Source: Octopus bimaculoides (Eukaryota). From it: a DNA stretch of 49,474 bases. Shown in pieces: positions 10,932-22,400 of this stretch. Location: assembly GCF_001194135.2 (NCBI RefSeq), contig NC_069003.1, positions 4,375,739-4,425,212 on the forward strand, read 5' to 3'. Under the pieces are notes generated by a model. The model saw only the letters and a list, made by a program, of their open reading frames with translations. It did no database searches and was not told where the DNA came from. The position numbers were made by a program, and so were the translations under genes. Each line of letters begins with the position of its first letter. Positions within the stretch are counted from its first letter, which is position 1.

Positions 10932-11147
10932 AAGGGGGCGAGCTGGCAGAATCGTTAGCACGCCGGACGAAATGCTTAGCGGTATTTTGTCCGTCTTTAC
11001 GTTCTGAGTTCAAATTCCGCCGAGGTCGACTTCGGCTTTCATCCTTTCGGGGTCGATAAATTAAGTAGCAGCTGCGTCCTGGGGTCGATCTAATTGACTG
11101 GCTTCTTCCCCAAAAATGTCGGGCCTTGTGCCTAGTGTAGAAAAAAA
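10932..11147 (+). mobile_element. SINE family A, full-length young-looking copy
   Basis: GGCGAGCTGGCAGAATCGTTAGCACGCCGGACGAAATGCTTAGCGG..GAGTTCAAATTCCGCCGAGGTCGAC..GGGCCTTGTGCCTAGTGTAGAAAA. Confidence 0.92.
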
Positions 11148-11283
11148 TACTTTAAGAATGAGAACCCAGGTTCGAAATTTCCCCAAGACACTTGATGAAG
11201 GCTGGAGGGTACATCAGCCGAAACGTTGTGTTAACAACAAACGAGAAGACAAATATCCGTCAAATGTAAATAGCGTAAATAAA
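11143..11283 (+). mobile_element. 5'-truncated tail of the hammerhead-bearing element
   Basis: High identity to the reverse complement of 7412-7525. Confidence 0.8.
11187..11232 (+). ncRNA. Minimal type-I hammerhead-like motif (family 1, C3U variant, intact stem I)
   Basis: GACAC-TTGATGA-A-GGCTG-GAGGGTACAT-CAGCC-GAAAC-GTT-GTGTT. Confidence 0.65.
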
Positions 11284-11284
11284 G

Positions 11285-11420
11285 TGCTTCTTCTGTCTTT
11301 GTGTTCTGTGCTCAAACGCTGCAGGGGTCGACTTTGCATTTCATCCTTTCGAGATCGATAAAATAAGTACCAGTCAGGTGCATCCATAAGATTTCATGCC
11401 GTGCGTCTATAGCACAAATT
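11285..11420 (+). mobile_element. SINE family A fragment
   Basis: GGTCGACTTTGCATTTCATCCTTTCGAGATCGATAAAATAAGTACCAG. Confidence 0.75.
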
Positions 11421-11439
11421 ATCGTTTATTACTTTCTAC

Positions 11440-11830
11440 AGCACCCTAGAAATAGCAGCCAAATCACATTCAAATCACAGCGTGCTCTCATACGACACAA
11501 TCAGTTGAGTAATGTATTCCTCACAGATATATATCAGGAATAAAGACATTGTGGCCATGGTTGGAGAGTCGATCATAAATCTACTTCGTCAAAGCTGACT
11601 TGATGTTAAACATAAACAGTATTGATACGTTGTAACATAAAGGAACTTCTAGGTCAATCGACCGACTAAAAATAACAGCTAAATCTCTCAACAAATCACA
11701 TCCTAATGTCTTATCGACAAATAAAGGCTGTGTAGAGATGTTTCAGGTTTCGTCCTGTGTCAGAGAAAAAAAGAAATGTGATGGCCACGGTTAGAATGCC
11801 GTTAACCATGGCTATACAGAATCGAAGTCG
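11440..11830 (+). repeat. Two tandem copies of the unclassified CTAGAAATAGCAGCCAAATC repeat
   Basis: Motif at 11447 and 11665, each followed by a similar TGGCCA(T/C)GGTT segment. Confidence 0.6.
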
Positions 11831-12069
11831 TTTTAGAGGCAAACAGTAATAACTCACTTATTTTTGTCGTTGTTATTGTTGCTGTTGCACGGATTACTCA
11901 GTATCCAATTCATCCTTGATTGAGCAGATGTAGAATGTAAAACACTCCATCCGTGACCACCCCTTTTTTTTTGCTCCTGCTTGCATGGAACCCAGCATCA
12001 CATGATGTCTGATTTCGTAGAGGTTTGGCTAGTGTTTTTGTTATGTCAAGAAAACACTTACTCAATACA

Positions 12070-12402
12070 AACTGATACTCCCTCTATTATGACGACGAGT
12101 ATTCCAGTTGATCCGATCAATGGAACAGCCTGCTCATGAAACTAACACGCAAGTGGCTGAGTACTCCACAGAGACGTGTACCCTTAACGTAGTTCTGAAG
12201 GAGATTCAGCGTGACACAGAATGTAACAAGGCTGGCCCTTTTTGAAATACAAAAAAAACTACTCATTTGTTTTCAGCTGAGTGAACAGGAGCAATGTGAA
12301 ATAAAGTGTCTTGCTTTAGGTCACACGCGTAGGCGGGAATCGAACTCATGGCCTTACGTCCATGAGCTCAATCCCTAAACCACTGAACCAACGCGCTTCC
12401 GC
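12070..12402 (-). mobile_element. SINE family C (tRNA head, CORE-like middle), near full length
   Basis: Minus head GCGCGTTGGTTCAGTGGTTTAGGG..GAGTTCGATTCCCG, then AAGCAAGACACTTTATTTCAC. Body shared with 36882-37103. Confidence 0.8.
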
Positions 12403-12804
12403 TAAATCAATACAAATGAAAGGCGTTAAATATCTGATTCATTTATGTACGTCCTTTTATTCTTTTATTGGTTTCAGTCATTAGTTTGCGGCCATGCTGC
12501 AGCACCGGCTTTGGTGAAATTTCTGATGGCCATTTACCGTCGAGAAAGTTTACTATCATACCAGATAACGGCAATGACTCGCTGATTGATTACAACGCGG
12601 ATTATGAGATCGTAATTTCGTAGATCAATATCGCTACAAACCTTTCTTTCAAGTTGCTGTTGCTGCTGTTTTAGCCCCAAGAGAGCCTCCACTATCTAGC
12701 AGACATACGATCAAAGGCAATCCAGCCGTGATCATCTCGCATTTGTGTAACATATAATGCATCCTGTGGCGATAATTTGACGCGAGTCGTAATAGATTTC
12801 GGAC

Positions 12805-12910
12805 AAAGAGCTCTTTGCGGTATTTGTTACGCTGCTTTGTTTCTACGTTCGAATCCCACTGAGGTCAGCATTCGCCTTTCATCTTCCTGGGACCGATGAA
12901 ATAAAGTACT
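12805..12910 (+). mobile_element. SINE family A fragment, diverged
   Basis: GTTCGAATCCCACTGAGGTCAGC..CCTTTCATC..GATGAAATAAAGTAC. Confidence 0.6.
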
Positions 12911-13070
12911 GGGGTTCAGAGCGGCAGATTCTCGGAATTGTTAGTGCATCGACCATTGTTGGTCATGTGATATATGCTCCGATGTTTTATGTTGTTGCAA
13001 GTTCATATTCAACGACGCCTATGATAAGCTCTCTCCTGATTGTCTCCGCTTTGAACAATGTCTTCCATGT

Positions 13071-13300
13071 TTTACGTGTTTCAGTCATTTAGACTGCGGC
13101 CATGCTAGAGCATCGCCTTTAGTCGAACAAACCGACCCCAGGATTTATTTTTGTAAGTCCACTACTTATTCTATCGGCCATTTTTGCCGAATCGCTACAT
13201 TACGGAGGCTTTAGTTGAAGACATGCCCAAGGTGCCACGAGAGGCACTGAACCCAGAACTGTGTGGTTGAGAAGCAAGCTTCTAACCACAAAGCTACTCG
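13071..13300 (-). mobile_element. SINE family B, internally deleted
   Basis: TTTCAGTCATTTAGACTGCGGCCATGCTAGAGCA..CCCAAGGTGCCACG..GAACCCAGAAC..TGGTTGAGAAGCAAGC. Confidence 0.85.
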
Positions 13301-14264
13301 TATATATATATATATATAACTTATTAGTTACAGAATAAAAGCATTACATTTGGGTCAAAGAGTCAACATACAAAAGTCCCCCACCCCAATAAACGGTCAT
13401 ATATAAGAAATACATCAAAGTCCACAAATACATAAGAAAATATATATAAAAAATAAAATACAACATAAAACACACAGTATAAAAATTCATAAATATCTTT
13501 TTTCTACTAATAACATACAAATAAATAAATAAAATTTGAATTAAAAATATAACACAATATATATTTTTTTTATAATTCCAATTCGAATATAATTAAGCGA
13601 TTAAAAATTCAAAATAGACAAATAAAGCAAAATAGAATAAGATAAAATGAAGTAAAATAAAATACTATAATAGTCCATCGGCTAAAATACTATATCTGAT
13701 GACAAAATTTTAAAATGACAAACAAATTTAAATAATTTAACATCATTTAAATTATATTAGAAAGTCCTGTACTGACCTCAAGGTACACGTAATTATAGCA
13801 GACTTCCAAAGGTAAAATCCGTCTTTGCCCACCAAACATACAAAAGTTCATAAAAACCACTTGTCAAAAACATAGGTCAAAACACACACAAGCACCTGTG
13901 GTCATTTCAAAGGTTCACCACCGTAGTCCATACACGTCATAGCGCAATCAGGTGATGACCCCCACTTCAAGGTAACAGTTACAAACAAACATTAAGACGT
14001 GCAAAAGAAATTATTTTTTTCTGTAAGGCAGGCTTTTATAGTCAAGAGGGAAAACCTAGTCCACGTCATGAATAAAAAAATTCAAATTGGCTGTAGTAAC
14101 TAATCTAATCGTTCAGGTTTCAAATCACCCTAACGCAGACAAATAATCTTATTTATATGTATATTTTCTATTTTTATTTTTATTTCTATATACATTCAAG
14201 AAAGTGGAAGATTACATTAATTACCACAGCCAATTACCTATATATATATATACACGCACACACA

Positions 14265-14465
14265 CACGAAAGGGTGCTGAAAAGTTCCTGGCTTTGGGTG
14301 AAAGAAAACACAGGAGGTTCAGTTAAATATGATTTTATCCAACATATTCTTCTTCTCAGATTCAAACACATATCGCTGCGGTCCTTCAGTTGTTCAAAGT
14401 CGTTTAAAAGAAGTCCGAACGTTGGGCCTTCAGCAAGGCTTTTTTCGATACTCTTAGAGATAGGC
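14265..14465 (-). mobile_element. Mariner-type DNA transposon right end (terminal inverted repeat plus decayed transposase C-terminus)
   Basis: End ACGAAAGGGTGCTGAAAAGTTCCTGGCTT resembles mariner TIRs. Minus translation EKSLAEGPTFGLLLNDFEQLKDRSDMCLNLR (cf. WLxxQPxEFFxxGLxKLxxRWxKCVxLxGEYVE). Confidence 0.65.
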
Positions 14466-14679
14466 AACTATCTATCTACCTACCTACCTAATAGTATCTC
14501 TCTACTTACGTATCTATCTACCTATCCATATAACTTCACAAAGACATGAATTTCTGAAAAGAGATGATTGGGCGTAGTCTTCAGTGTGGGGCATGGGGGG
14601 ATTCAATTATATCATTCCCTAAAATATGAAACATCACACGTTACTCTAAACTATCGTTAATACTTCTCTAATACCAATC

Positions 14680-15085
14680 TGACTCCCTTCTACTCTCTCC
14701 AACTCCCACTCTCTCTCTCTCCTATTCTCATTCCTCTCTCTCTCCTTTTTCTCTGTTCATTTACGCCTAATCCCCTCTCAATTCCATGTTATCTCTCATA
14801 TATCTTACCCTTGTTACTTTCTCTTCACTATTGTCTTAGAATCATCTGGATTGATTTTATTTTCAGTCTCTTATCTAAATTAGCTATCTCTCCATTTATA
14901 TACCTATTTCTTTATCTATCTATCTAGCAAACCTTCCATTTGTCTATAGAGTTGTTCTTCGCCTCATATTGTTGTTTCTGCAGCCCTAGTTGCCAAATAA
15001 AGAACGAATTATTATTGTCGTTGTTGTTATTGTTATTATGTCTAGCTTACACTTCTCCCCCTCATGTTACTTCTTGCCCTCATTT

Positions 15086-15140
<55 letters not shown>

Positions 15141-15620
15141 CTGTCTCAATTCTGGTTCCTTACTCTTCCTGCTTCGATTCCTCTCCCCGTCACTCATCAC
15201 ACCCTAATTCTCTCTCCCACCCCCTTCCTTTTCCTTTACCTCACTCCTCATCCTTTAAAATTTTTCCTGTCTCATAACACCACCCACCCACCCCCAATGA
15301 TTTCAACACACACACACACACGCGCGCATACACATTCACTCTCTCCCCCCCTTTCCCTCTCTTCTAGTCTCACGTGTCATCTTCACCTTCCTTTCGGCTT
15401 CCCTCATACTTCTCCTCTTAGTTTCACTTTCACTTTAATCTCTCCCACCCAACTTCAACTATCTCATGTTCGTTTCTCTCTCTCTCTGTCACCCCATTTC
15501 TCTTTCTCCTCTCTTTCCTTCTTCTTCTCTCTCTCTCTCTCTCTCTCCTTTCTTTTGTTGCCGCTTTCTCCTACCTCTCTTCCCCCCCAATCAGTACTTC
15601 TCTACTTCGATCTCTCTTTT
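14680..15620. repeat. Long CT-rich polypyrimidine low-complexity tract
   Basis: Direct. Confidence 0.85.
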
Positions 15621-15709
15621 CGTCTATCTCTCCAGAACGATAGCAAAGCAAAATGCTCCAGATGTACCCCGATCGTGCCACTACAATGAACGCCAACTCC
15701 GTACACATG

Positions 15710-15885
15710 TCGCCCCCCCCACTACCGCCACCACCACCGTCACCGCCGCTGCTGCTGGTTACTCTTAAACCGTCGTCACATCAAAACAACACCACCACTA
15801 TTATTACAACCGCCATCACATTCACAATCACCGCCACCACTACCTCTACTACTAATATTGTTGCTATTACTACTACTACTACTAC

Positions 15886-15930
<45 letters not shown>

Positions 15931-15952
15931 CGATGATGATCATGATCGTGAC

Positions 15953-16000
<48 letters not shown>

Positions 16001-16074
16001 GCGACCACCACCACGACTACGAACCTTACTATTACTGCAATTAGTATCTGTACTACTACTGCTACAACAACTAT

Positions 16075-16131
<57 letters not shown>

Positions 16132-16705
16132 ATTAATTCTGTTCTTGTAACATGCCCACCCTCTGCCACCCCTATATGACTGCTAGCACCACCACGTCTA
16201 ACAATAACAACAAGAACAACAACAAGATTGACATTGGACCGATCAGATCCCCTACATTGTCAATCAACCTGCTAGAAGTAGCAGCCAAGTGTCCAGCAAA
16301 TCACACCTTAAGCATTTTTGTTTTGTGTATTTTACTTTATTTTTTTAATATTATTTCACAATATAAATCAGAAAAACGGTTTCCTACATATTAAGGGCCA
16401 CGAAGAGAAGAAAAGAAAAAAATGGCAGGATCGTCACGGCTGGAGTGCTTTTCTTTATAGCTCTGCTCAATCAGGGCTCAGAGGGAACTTAGCAACAACA
16501 CAAACAAAGAAGAAAAAGAGCATTAGTATTCAGACCGACTCCATTAACACATGCAACATGGCCACATGAACTCAACAGAACTACAACCACTACTACTATT
16601 ACTACTACTACAATCACCACCACTACCACTGTTACTACTAACACCCCCACCCCCACCCCCACCATACTACTCCTACTACTTCTACTACTACTACTACTAC
16701 TATTG

Positions 16706-16744
<39 letters not shown>

Positions 16745-16871
16745 TTACTATTAATGCCACCACTGCTACCACCAGCTTCACCAACGCCGCCGCCACATAC
16801 CACCACTCCTAATATAACCACTACTACGACCACCACCACTACAACTACTATCACTACCACGAATCACCACC

Positions 16872-16921
<50 letters not shown>

Positions 16922-16985
16922 AAGCAGCACCAGACCAACACCAACTCCGTTATTTGACAACTACCACCTCTACAACCCACAAGTG

Positions 16986-17048
<63 letters not shown>

Positions 17049-17166
17049 CAACCAAAGCTTCTTACTTCACCACAAATAATAAAAGCAAAACAAAGAAAAA
17101 TATTGATGAGTCCACCACCACCACCTTCAATAATGACATGTACAACAACAACAACAACAAAAACAC
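15710..17166. repeat. Large compound trinucleotide array (ACC/ACT/AAT/CAT/ACA), running into an assembly gap
   Basis: Direct. Confidence 0.95.
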
Positions 17167-17590
17167 NNNNNNNNNNNNNNNNNNNNNNNNNNNNNNNNNN
17201 NNNNNNNNNNNNNNNNNNNNNNNNNNNNNNNNNNNNNNNNNNNNNNNNNNNNNNNNNNNNNNNNNNNNNNNNNNNNNNNNNNNNNNNNNNNNNNNNNNNN
17301 NNNNNNNNNNNNNNNNNNNNNNNNNNNNNNNNNNNNNNNNNNNNNNNNNNNNNNNNNNNNNNNNNNNNNNNNNNNNNNNNNNNNNNNNNNNNNNNNNNNN
17401 NNNNNNNNNNNNNNNNNNNNNNNNNNNNNNNNNNNNNNNNNNNNNNNNNNNNNNNNNNNNNNNNNNNNNNNNNNNNNNNNNNNNNNNNNNNNNNNNNNNN
17501 NNNNNNNNNNNNNNNNNNNNNNNNNNNNNNNNNNNNNNNNNNNNNNNNNNNNNNNNNNNNNNNNNNNNNNNNNNNNNNNNNNNNNNNNNN
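17167..17590. other. Assembly gap. Other gaps: 18576-18585, 23330-23617, 24498-25155, 27294-27371, 30881-31206, 35201-35465, 38325-38514, 39824-40634, 42099-42602, 44878-45409
   Basis: N runs, nearly all flanked by microsatellites. Confidence 0.99.
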
Positions 17591-18400
17591 ACCACTGCCT
17601 TCACCACCGCCACTACCGCTACCATCGTCCCCCTCCATCGACACCATCATCTCTGGCGCCACCGCCGCCGCCGCCATATCAAATTCTGTTTCTCTACAGT
17701 TGAACGTGTGTAATGTTTTGCAACAATCCATGACGTAATTCTATGTTGCAGTTTGTGTGTAGGTCATGTGATGCACACCAATGTATCGTTGAGTGCGAGA
17801 GTCACGCGAGAATTGAACATTTTAATAGTTTAACTGCTGTACTTGTTGTTGTTGTTGTTGTTGTTGTTGTTGGTCTCGCTGTTCATATTGTTGTTGTTGC
17901 TGTTGTTGTTGTTGTTTAAGTAAAGAGAGAAATTATTAGATCAACAATAAATATATTTGTTTTTCTTCCGTTATATCAAAATAATTAACGGAATAATTAA
18001 ATAAGATGATTGTCAAATTTATTTTATCGATGCACATCGCGTACAGCACACGTGTAGGTATGTAGGTAGATATGAATGCTCTGTGAGTATGCATGTGCGT
18101 CTGTGTGTCTTTGTATGTATGCATTTGTGTATGTATGCATTTGTGTATGTGAGTGGTGTATATTTATATATGTGCGTGTACATGTGTGTAAATTTATTTA
18201 ATATAAATGTGTATGTGTATATATACATGTATTTTAGGCATACAAAAATTGTTTTGCATTTTTTTCATATGCATATTTTATACTATATGTATGTGTGTGT
18301 ATATATATGTGTTTGCGTGTGTGTTTGTGTGCGTGTATGTACACATGCATACAGTGTGTGTACAGACTCACCTACATGTATATGTATGAAATGCAAGTAA

Positions 18401-18445
<45 letters not shown>

Positions 18446-18640
18446 GGGGTAAGCATGTGTGTGTGTTTTATGTGTATGTATGTTTATTGATGTGTGTGTG
18501 AGGACTAGTATGTATGTATGCATGCAATGATGTGTTTACAGAATTATCTTAATATTTTTTTCCTGCCGTAAATTANNNNNNNNNNTATATATATATGTTT
18601 GTATTTGGAGTGTGTATATATATATATAGAGAGATATATA

Positions 18641-18770
18641 GGCGTGGTAAGTAGCTTGCTCACCAACCACATGCTTCCGGGTTCAGTCCCACTGCGTGGC
18701 ACATTGAACAAGTGTCTTCTACTATAGCCTCGGGCTGACCAAATCCTTGTGAGTGGATCTGGTAGCCGCC
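18641..18770 (+). mobile_element. SINE family B 5' half (tRNA head, CORE-like segment)
   Basis: GGTAAGTAGCTTGCTCACCAACCACATG..CCGGGTTCAGTCCCACTGCGTGGCAC..CAAGTGTCTTCTACTATAGCCTCGGG. Confidence 0.88.
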
Positions 18771-19097
18771 TACAGTTTAGCATACATAAAATAGTCTTGT
18801 TCAAGGAGAGAACGTGTCGACCGCTCCACTTATAAAAATCTACGACATACAAATATAAACCAAACGTCCTGAACACTTAGCTGTGCATGATATTAAATCT
18901 AAACAGCGTCTTCACTGTGATGAATGGCAAGACTCCGAACCATGCTTGTGAAGACCCACCATCGTTTAAAATGGATGCTACGAATAACTGTAGTTATGAT
19001 CTTATGCACTCTCATTCATTCACTTCTCTGATAGATGTATGTATGTTATGCGTCTATGAGTATGTGTCCCTCGTCGATATATATATATATATATGTG

Positions 19098-19192
<95 letters not shown>

Positions 19193-19260
19193 CGGCATGA
19201 CTAATCCCTAGTTATAATCCTTTTTTTTTTAATTTTCTCTCCCTGTTTATTTCTGTGTGC

Positions 19261-19296
19261 CTTTCTGTTGAAGAGCGTAGGCTCGAAACGTAAAAG
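19261..19296 (+). ncRNA. Minimal type-I hammerhead-like motif (family 2, A6U variant) in a repeat fragment at 19200-19390
   Basis: CTTT-CTGTTGA-A-GAGC-GTAG-GCTC-GAAAC-GTA-AAAG. Confidence 0.5.
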
Positions 19297-19408
19297 ACTT
19301 TCTCGTTTCCCGAGCGTTGAGCTAATACATCTGTTTGTTGTTTTCACACCCGTCTTCGTTTTTCGTTTTGTTTTTGTTTTTTGCAAATTCCAACTATATA
19401 TCTATATA

Positions 19409-19725
19409 CATCGTGTCCTGTTGTCAAAAGCAGGATACGAGAATCATATGAAGTAACATGAAAATCGAAATGCCCAGACGGTTAATAATCTTGAATGGCG
19501 AACGCCTCTTACGACATGTGACATACGTCACCAAACTTGTAAGACCATATCAGAACTTAAAAGACATATGTTAGTTCACAAAAACATTCCTTCAGAATCA
19601 GATTTACAAAGGGCAAAGATGTCCTTCAATAATATGTCACTTATGTTTTAAACCCTGTCAGTCAGTCAGTAGCCGGCATTAAAAGTCATCTAAGAACGCA
19701 TCAACAGAGGGACTCGGCTGCATGA
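19409..19725 (+). mobile_element. Decayed 3' end of an RTE-like LINE: three degenerate C2H2 fingers
   Basis: HRVLLSKAGYENHMK*H; CDIRHQTCKTISELKRHMLVH; after a frameshift and a CAGT duplication, CHLCFKPCQSVAGIKSHLRTH. Same pattern as the RT-linked fingers at 29282-29563. (CAT)n follows. Confidence 0.65.
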
Positions 19726-19837
19726 TGGGATATGATGTGCGTGTTGATAGCACGGTTATCATCTGTCAAGATGAAACAGTCATCACCACTATCATCATTA
19801 TCATCATCACCATCACCATCATCAACATTCTTTGAAT

Positions 19838-19960
19838 CTTTCCCGTGTTTTAGTCATTTGACTGCGCCCATGCTGTAGTACCACCTTCACGGGTTATAGT
19901 CGAGCAAATCGATCGCGGGACTTATTCTTTGTAAGCCTAGTACTTATTCTATCGGTCGCC
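19838..19960 (-). mobile_element. SINE family B 3' fragment
   Basis: TAGTCATTTGACTGCG..TAGTCGAGCAAATCGA..CTTATTCTTTGTAAGCCTAGTACTTATTCTATCGG. Confidence 0.85.
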
Positions 19961-20075
19961 CCTTTATTAGACTATTTTCATTAGTCATTGAACGGTGATT
20001 GCCATAAGCATTAAGCTTATGTAAAAATACCATTATTATTATAATATAAAAAACCATTCGCACCGAAAGCATATT

Positions 20076-20135
<60 letters not shown>

Positions 20136-21049
20136 TGTATGTGTGTGTGTGTGTACACACGTATGAACACATACACATAGGCATATATATAATAATGATA
20201 CATAAGCAGATAATGTACCTAGATAGATAGATGTAGACATTTAGAAGATCAATAACCTGTTCTTTTGCCTAAATTTTCAGCGTGAGCTATAGAGACCCGT
20301 TTTTGGTTTTTTCATCTTGAACGCAGTCGTACTCTAACCTGCTGGCATCCTGTAAAAAAAAATGAGTTTGAAAATAAATTACGAAATGATACGCGGAAAC
20401 CTGGTCTTGTTGAACTTTCTAAATTACTGTCTTCGCCTATCGTGCGAAATTCCTTACAGCCACTTCCGTTTCTTTCAAGCTTTCTTCCTTTCTGCTTCCG
20501 ATTCTCGTTTCTCATCGTAAATTTGTCTTCAATATTCCAGAGAAAGCCTTTGGACAAGGGACGTGTTCTCTATTCCCAAACGACTAAATCATAATTTATC
20601 CGTATACATCTACGTCTTTTAATGCCCCTATCATTCCGGACTACTCATGTCATAGCTCATTGCATTGATCATCCCGTCTTTTTTTTTTCTTGTTTGTTAG
20701 TTTTTTTTTCCTTTTAAGCCAAATTATATTTAATACTACATTATCTAATATGAAATTCTGTTTTGTTTTGTTTTTATCTTTTATTTAAATAGTCCGTTTC
20801 TGATAACAATCACCCATAACTGATATGAAGAAATTGTATGTCTCGAACGCTGCTGGTCCTGTCCTAATTGTTGTTCTTGTTAATGTCCTTAAATTTCTTA
20901 TTTTATGTTACGTTGGGTTTCCTGAGAGCATTGACGAAAAGCAACACCAATCACGCCCTTACCATTGTTTCGTTAGCAACAGTACAAAGCACCTGACCTT
21001 ATATTAGCCAATATGTCTTCGATTCCAAATAGTAATTGTTTCGACTGTT

Positions 21050-21560
21050 TCAAATTTTGGTACAAGGCCAGCAATTTCAATGTGCGTTGGTGGTGGGTAG
21101 AGGTAAGTCGATTACATCGACCCAGTGCACTACTGGAGAATATTTTGTCGACCACGAAAGGATAAATGGTAAAATTGACTACCGTGGTGTTTGAACACAG
21201 AACCGAAAGAGCCGGAAGAAATTTGAGTAAAAGGAATACGTACATCAATCCCAGTGCATTACTGGTAGTCGGGTTTATCAACTCTGGAGGCATGAAACTA
21301 AAAATTTACCACTAAGGGATTTTAACTCATGGCGTAAAGGGTAGGAAGGAAAGATCGTTAAGCATTTTATCCGACGCACCAACACTTCTGACAGTTCACG
21401 ACCTTAATAATCTTTTCTTCAATAGGCACATGGTCTGAAACTTTGGAAGGGGACTGGTCCATTATATCGACCTTAGTGCTAAATTAGTACTTATTTTATC
21501 GACTTCGAAAAGACGAATGGCAAAGTCCACCTAGGCAAGTATTTGAACTCAGAGTGCAGA
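21050..21560 (-). mobile_element. Three diverged tandem SINE family A copies (about 21050-21206, 21240-21410, 21415-21560)
   Basis: TTCAAATTTTGGTACAAGGCCAGC..GTCGATTACATCGACCCAG; TACTTATTTTATCGAC..GGCAAAGTC..TTTGAACTCAGAG. Confidence 0.7.
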
Positions 21561-21932
21561 TTATGAGAACAAATATTGCGGAGCAATATCTGAACACTGC
21601 GAATTGAGCTCCTCCAAGATAGAAAGTTGTTTCTCATTATGAAATAAAGCACCATCACAGGAATTTGGATGAATTTAGTAAAAAGAGTTTTGTTATCTTC
21701 TGTTTAGTTTCTTAGCTAGTGACCAGGAGCTTGCTTGTGATGCCTGTCAGATGGTCATTCTTCTTTGCTTGAAAATCCTTGGTGATCAAGTCTGTAATTG
21801 TAATGTTTGCTAACATAGAGCCAAGTCTAACAATATTTATTGTTATAGATATGAATTCAAGAAGGGCAGATAAGCTTAAGTTTTTGAAGATGTTCATAAC
21901 TATTCTATGACGCTATATGACCTCGCTCTCTC

Positions 21933-21999
<67 letters not shown>

Positions 22000-22034
22000 T
22001 TCTATCCTCCTCTCTCTCTCTCTCTCTGCTTGAA

Positions 22035-22400
22035 CCTTGGCAAATACTCTGCCGGGGCATATTCCACCAATATTCTTTGCGTCGATATATGTTCAATAAC
22101 AAAGGTATTGTCTACATCTATCTCGGAGCAATCTTTCCTCCGGATAGCTCTATATATTGTTTCAGAAACGACCTCATGCTGCATTAGGAGATTATATCTT
22201 CACGACAGTTTTGGGGCAGTTGCCGTTCACAAGTGTAATGTCTTCTATAGAAGCATGACGTAATCGAACTTTCCGACTACCTCTGGGGGCATTAAAGGGA
22301 TTCACTCGCCCCTTCATACAGTAGGTATATCGTAGATATTTTCTGGTGTTACACAAGAATAAGTTAGTAACAGGGACAGGGTCTAATGGCCAAGATTCCA
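22035..22400 (-). mobile_element. Decayed R4/Dong-clade non-LTR fragment (CCHC knuckle to start of restriction-like endonuclease). May continue at 21712-21905 beyond the (TA)n/(CT)n
   Basis: Across frameshifts: NTRKYLRY..VRLRHASIEDITLVNGNCPK (cf. CRLCxxxIEDITHIISGCPK), RYNLLMQHEVVSETIYRAIRRKD (cf. RYYLPxRHDxVAKxIY), KEYWWNMP. Confidence 0.65.

Noticed and set aside
20825-21007. ORF MKKLYV.. with a hydrophobic signal-like N-terminus
   Set aside because: Short, no recognisable domain, no convincing donor site.
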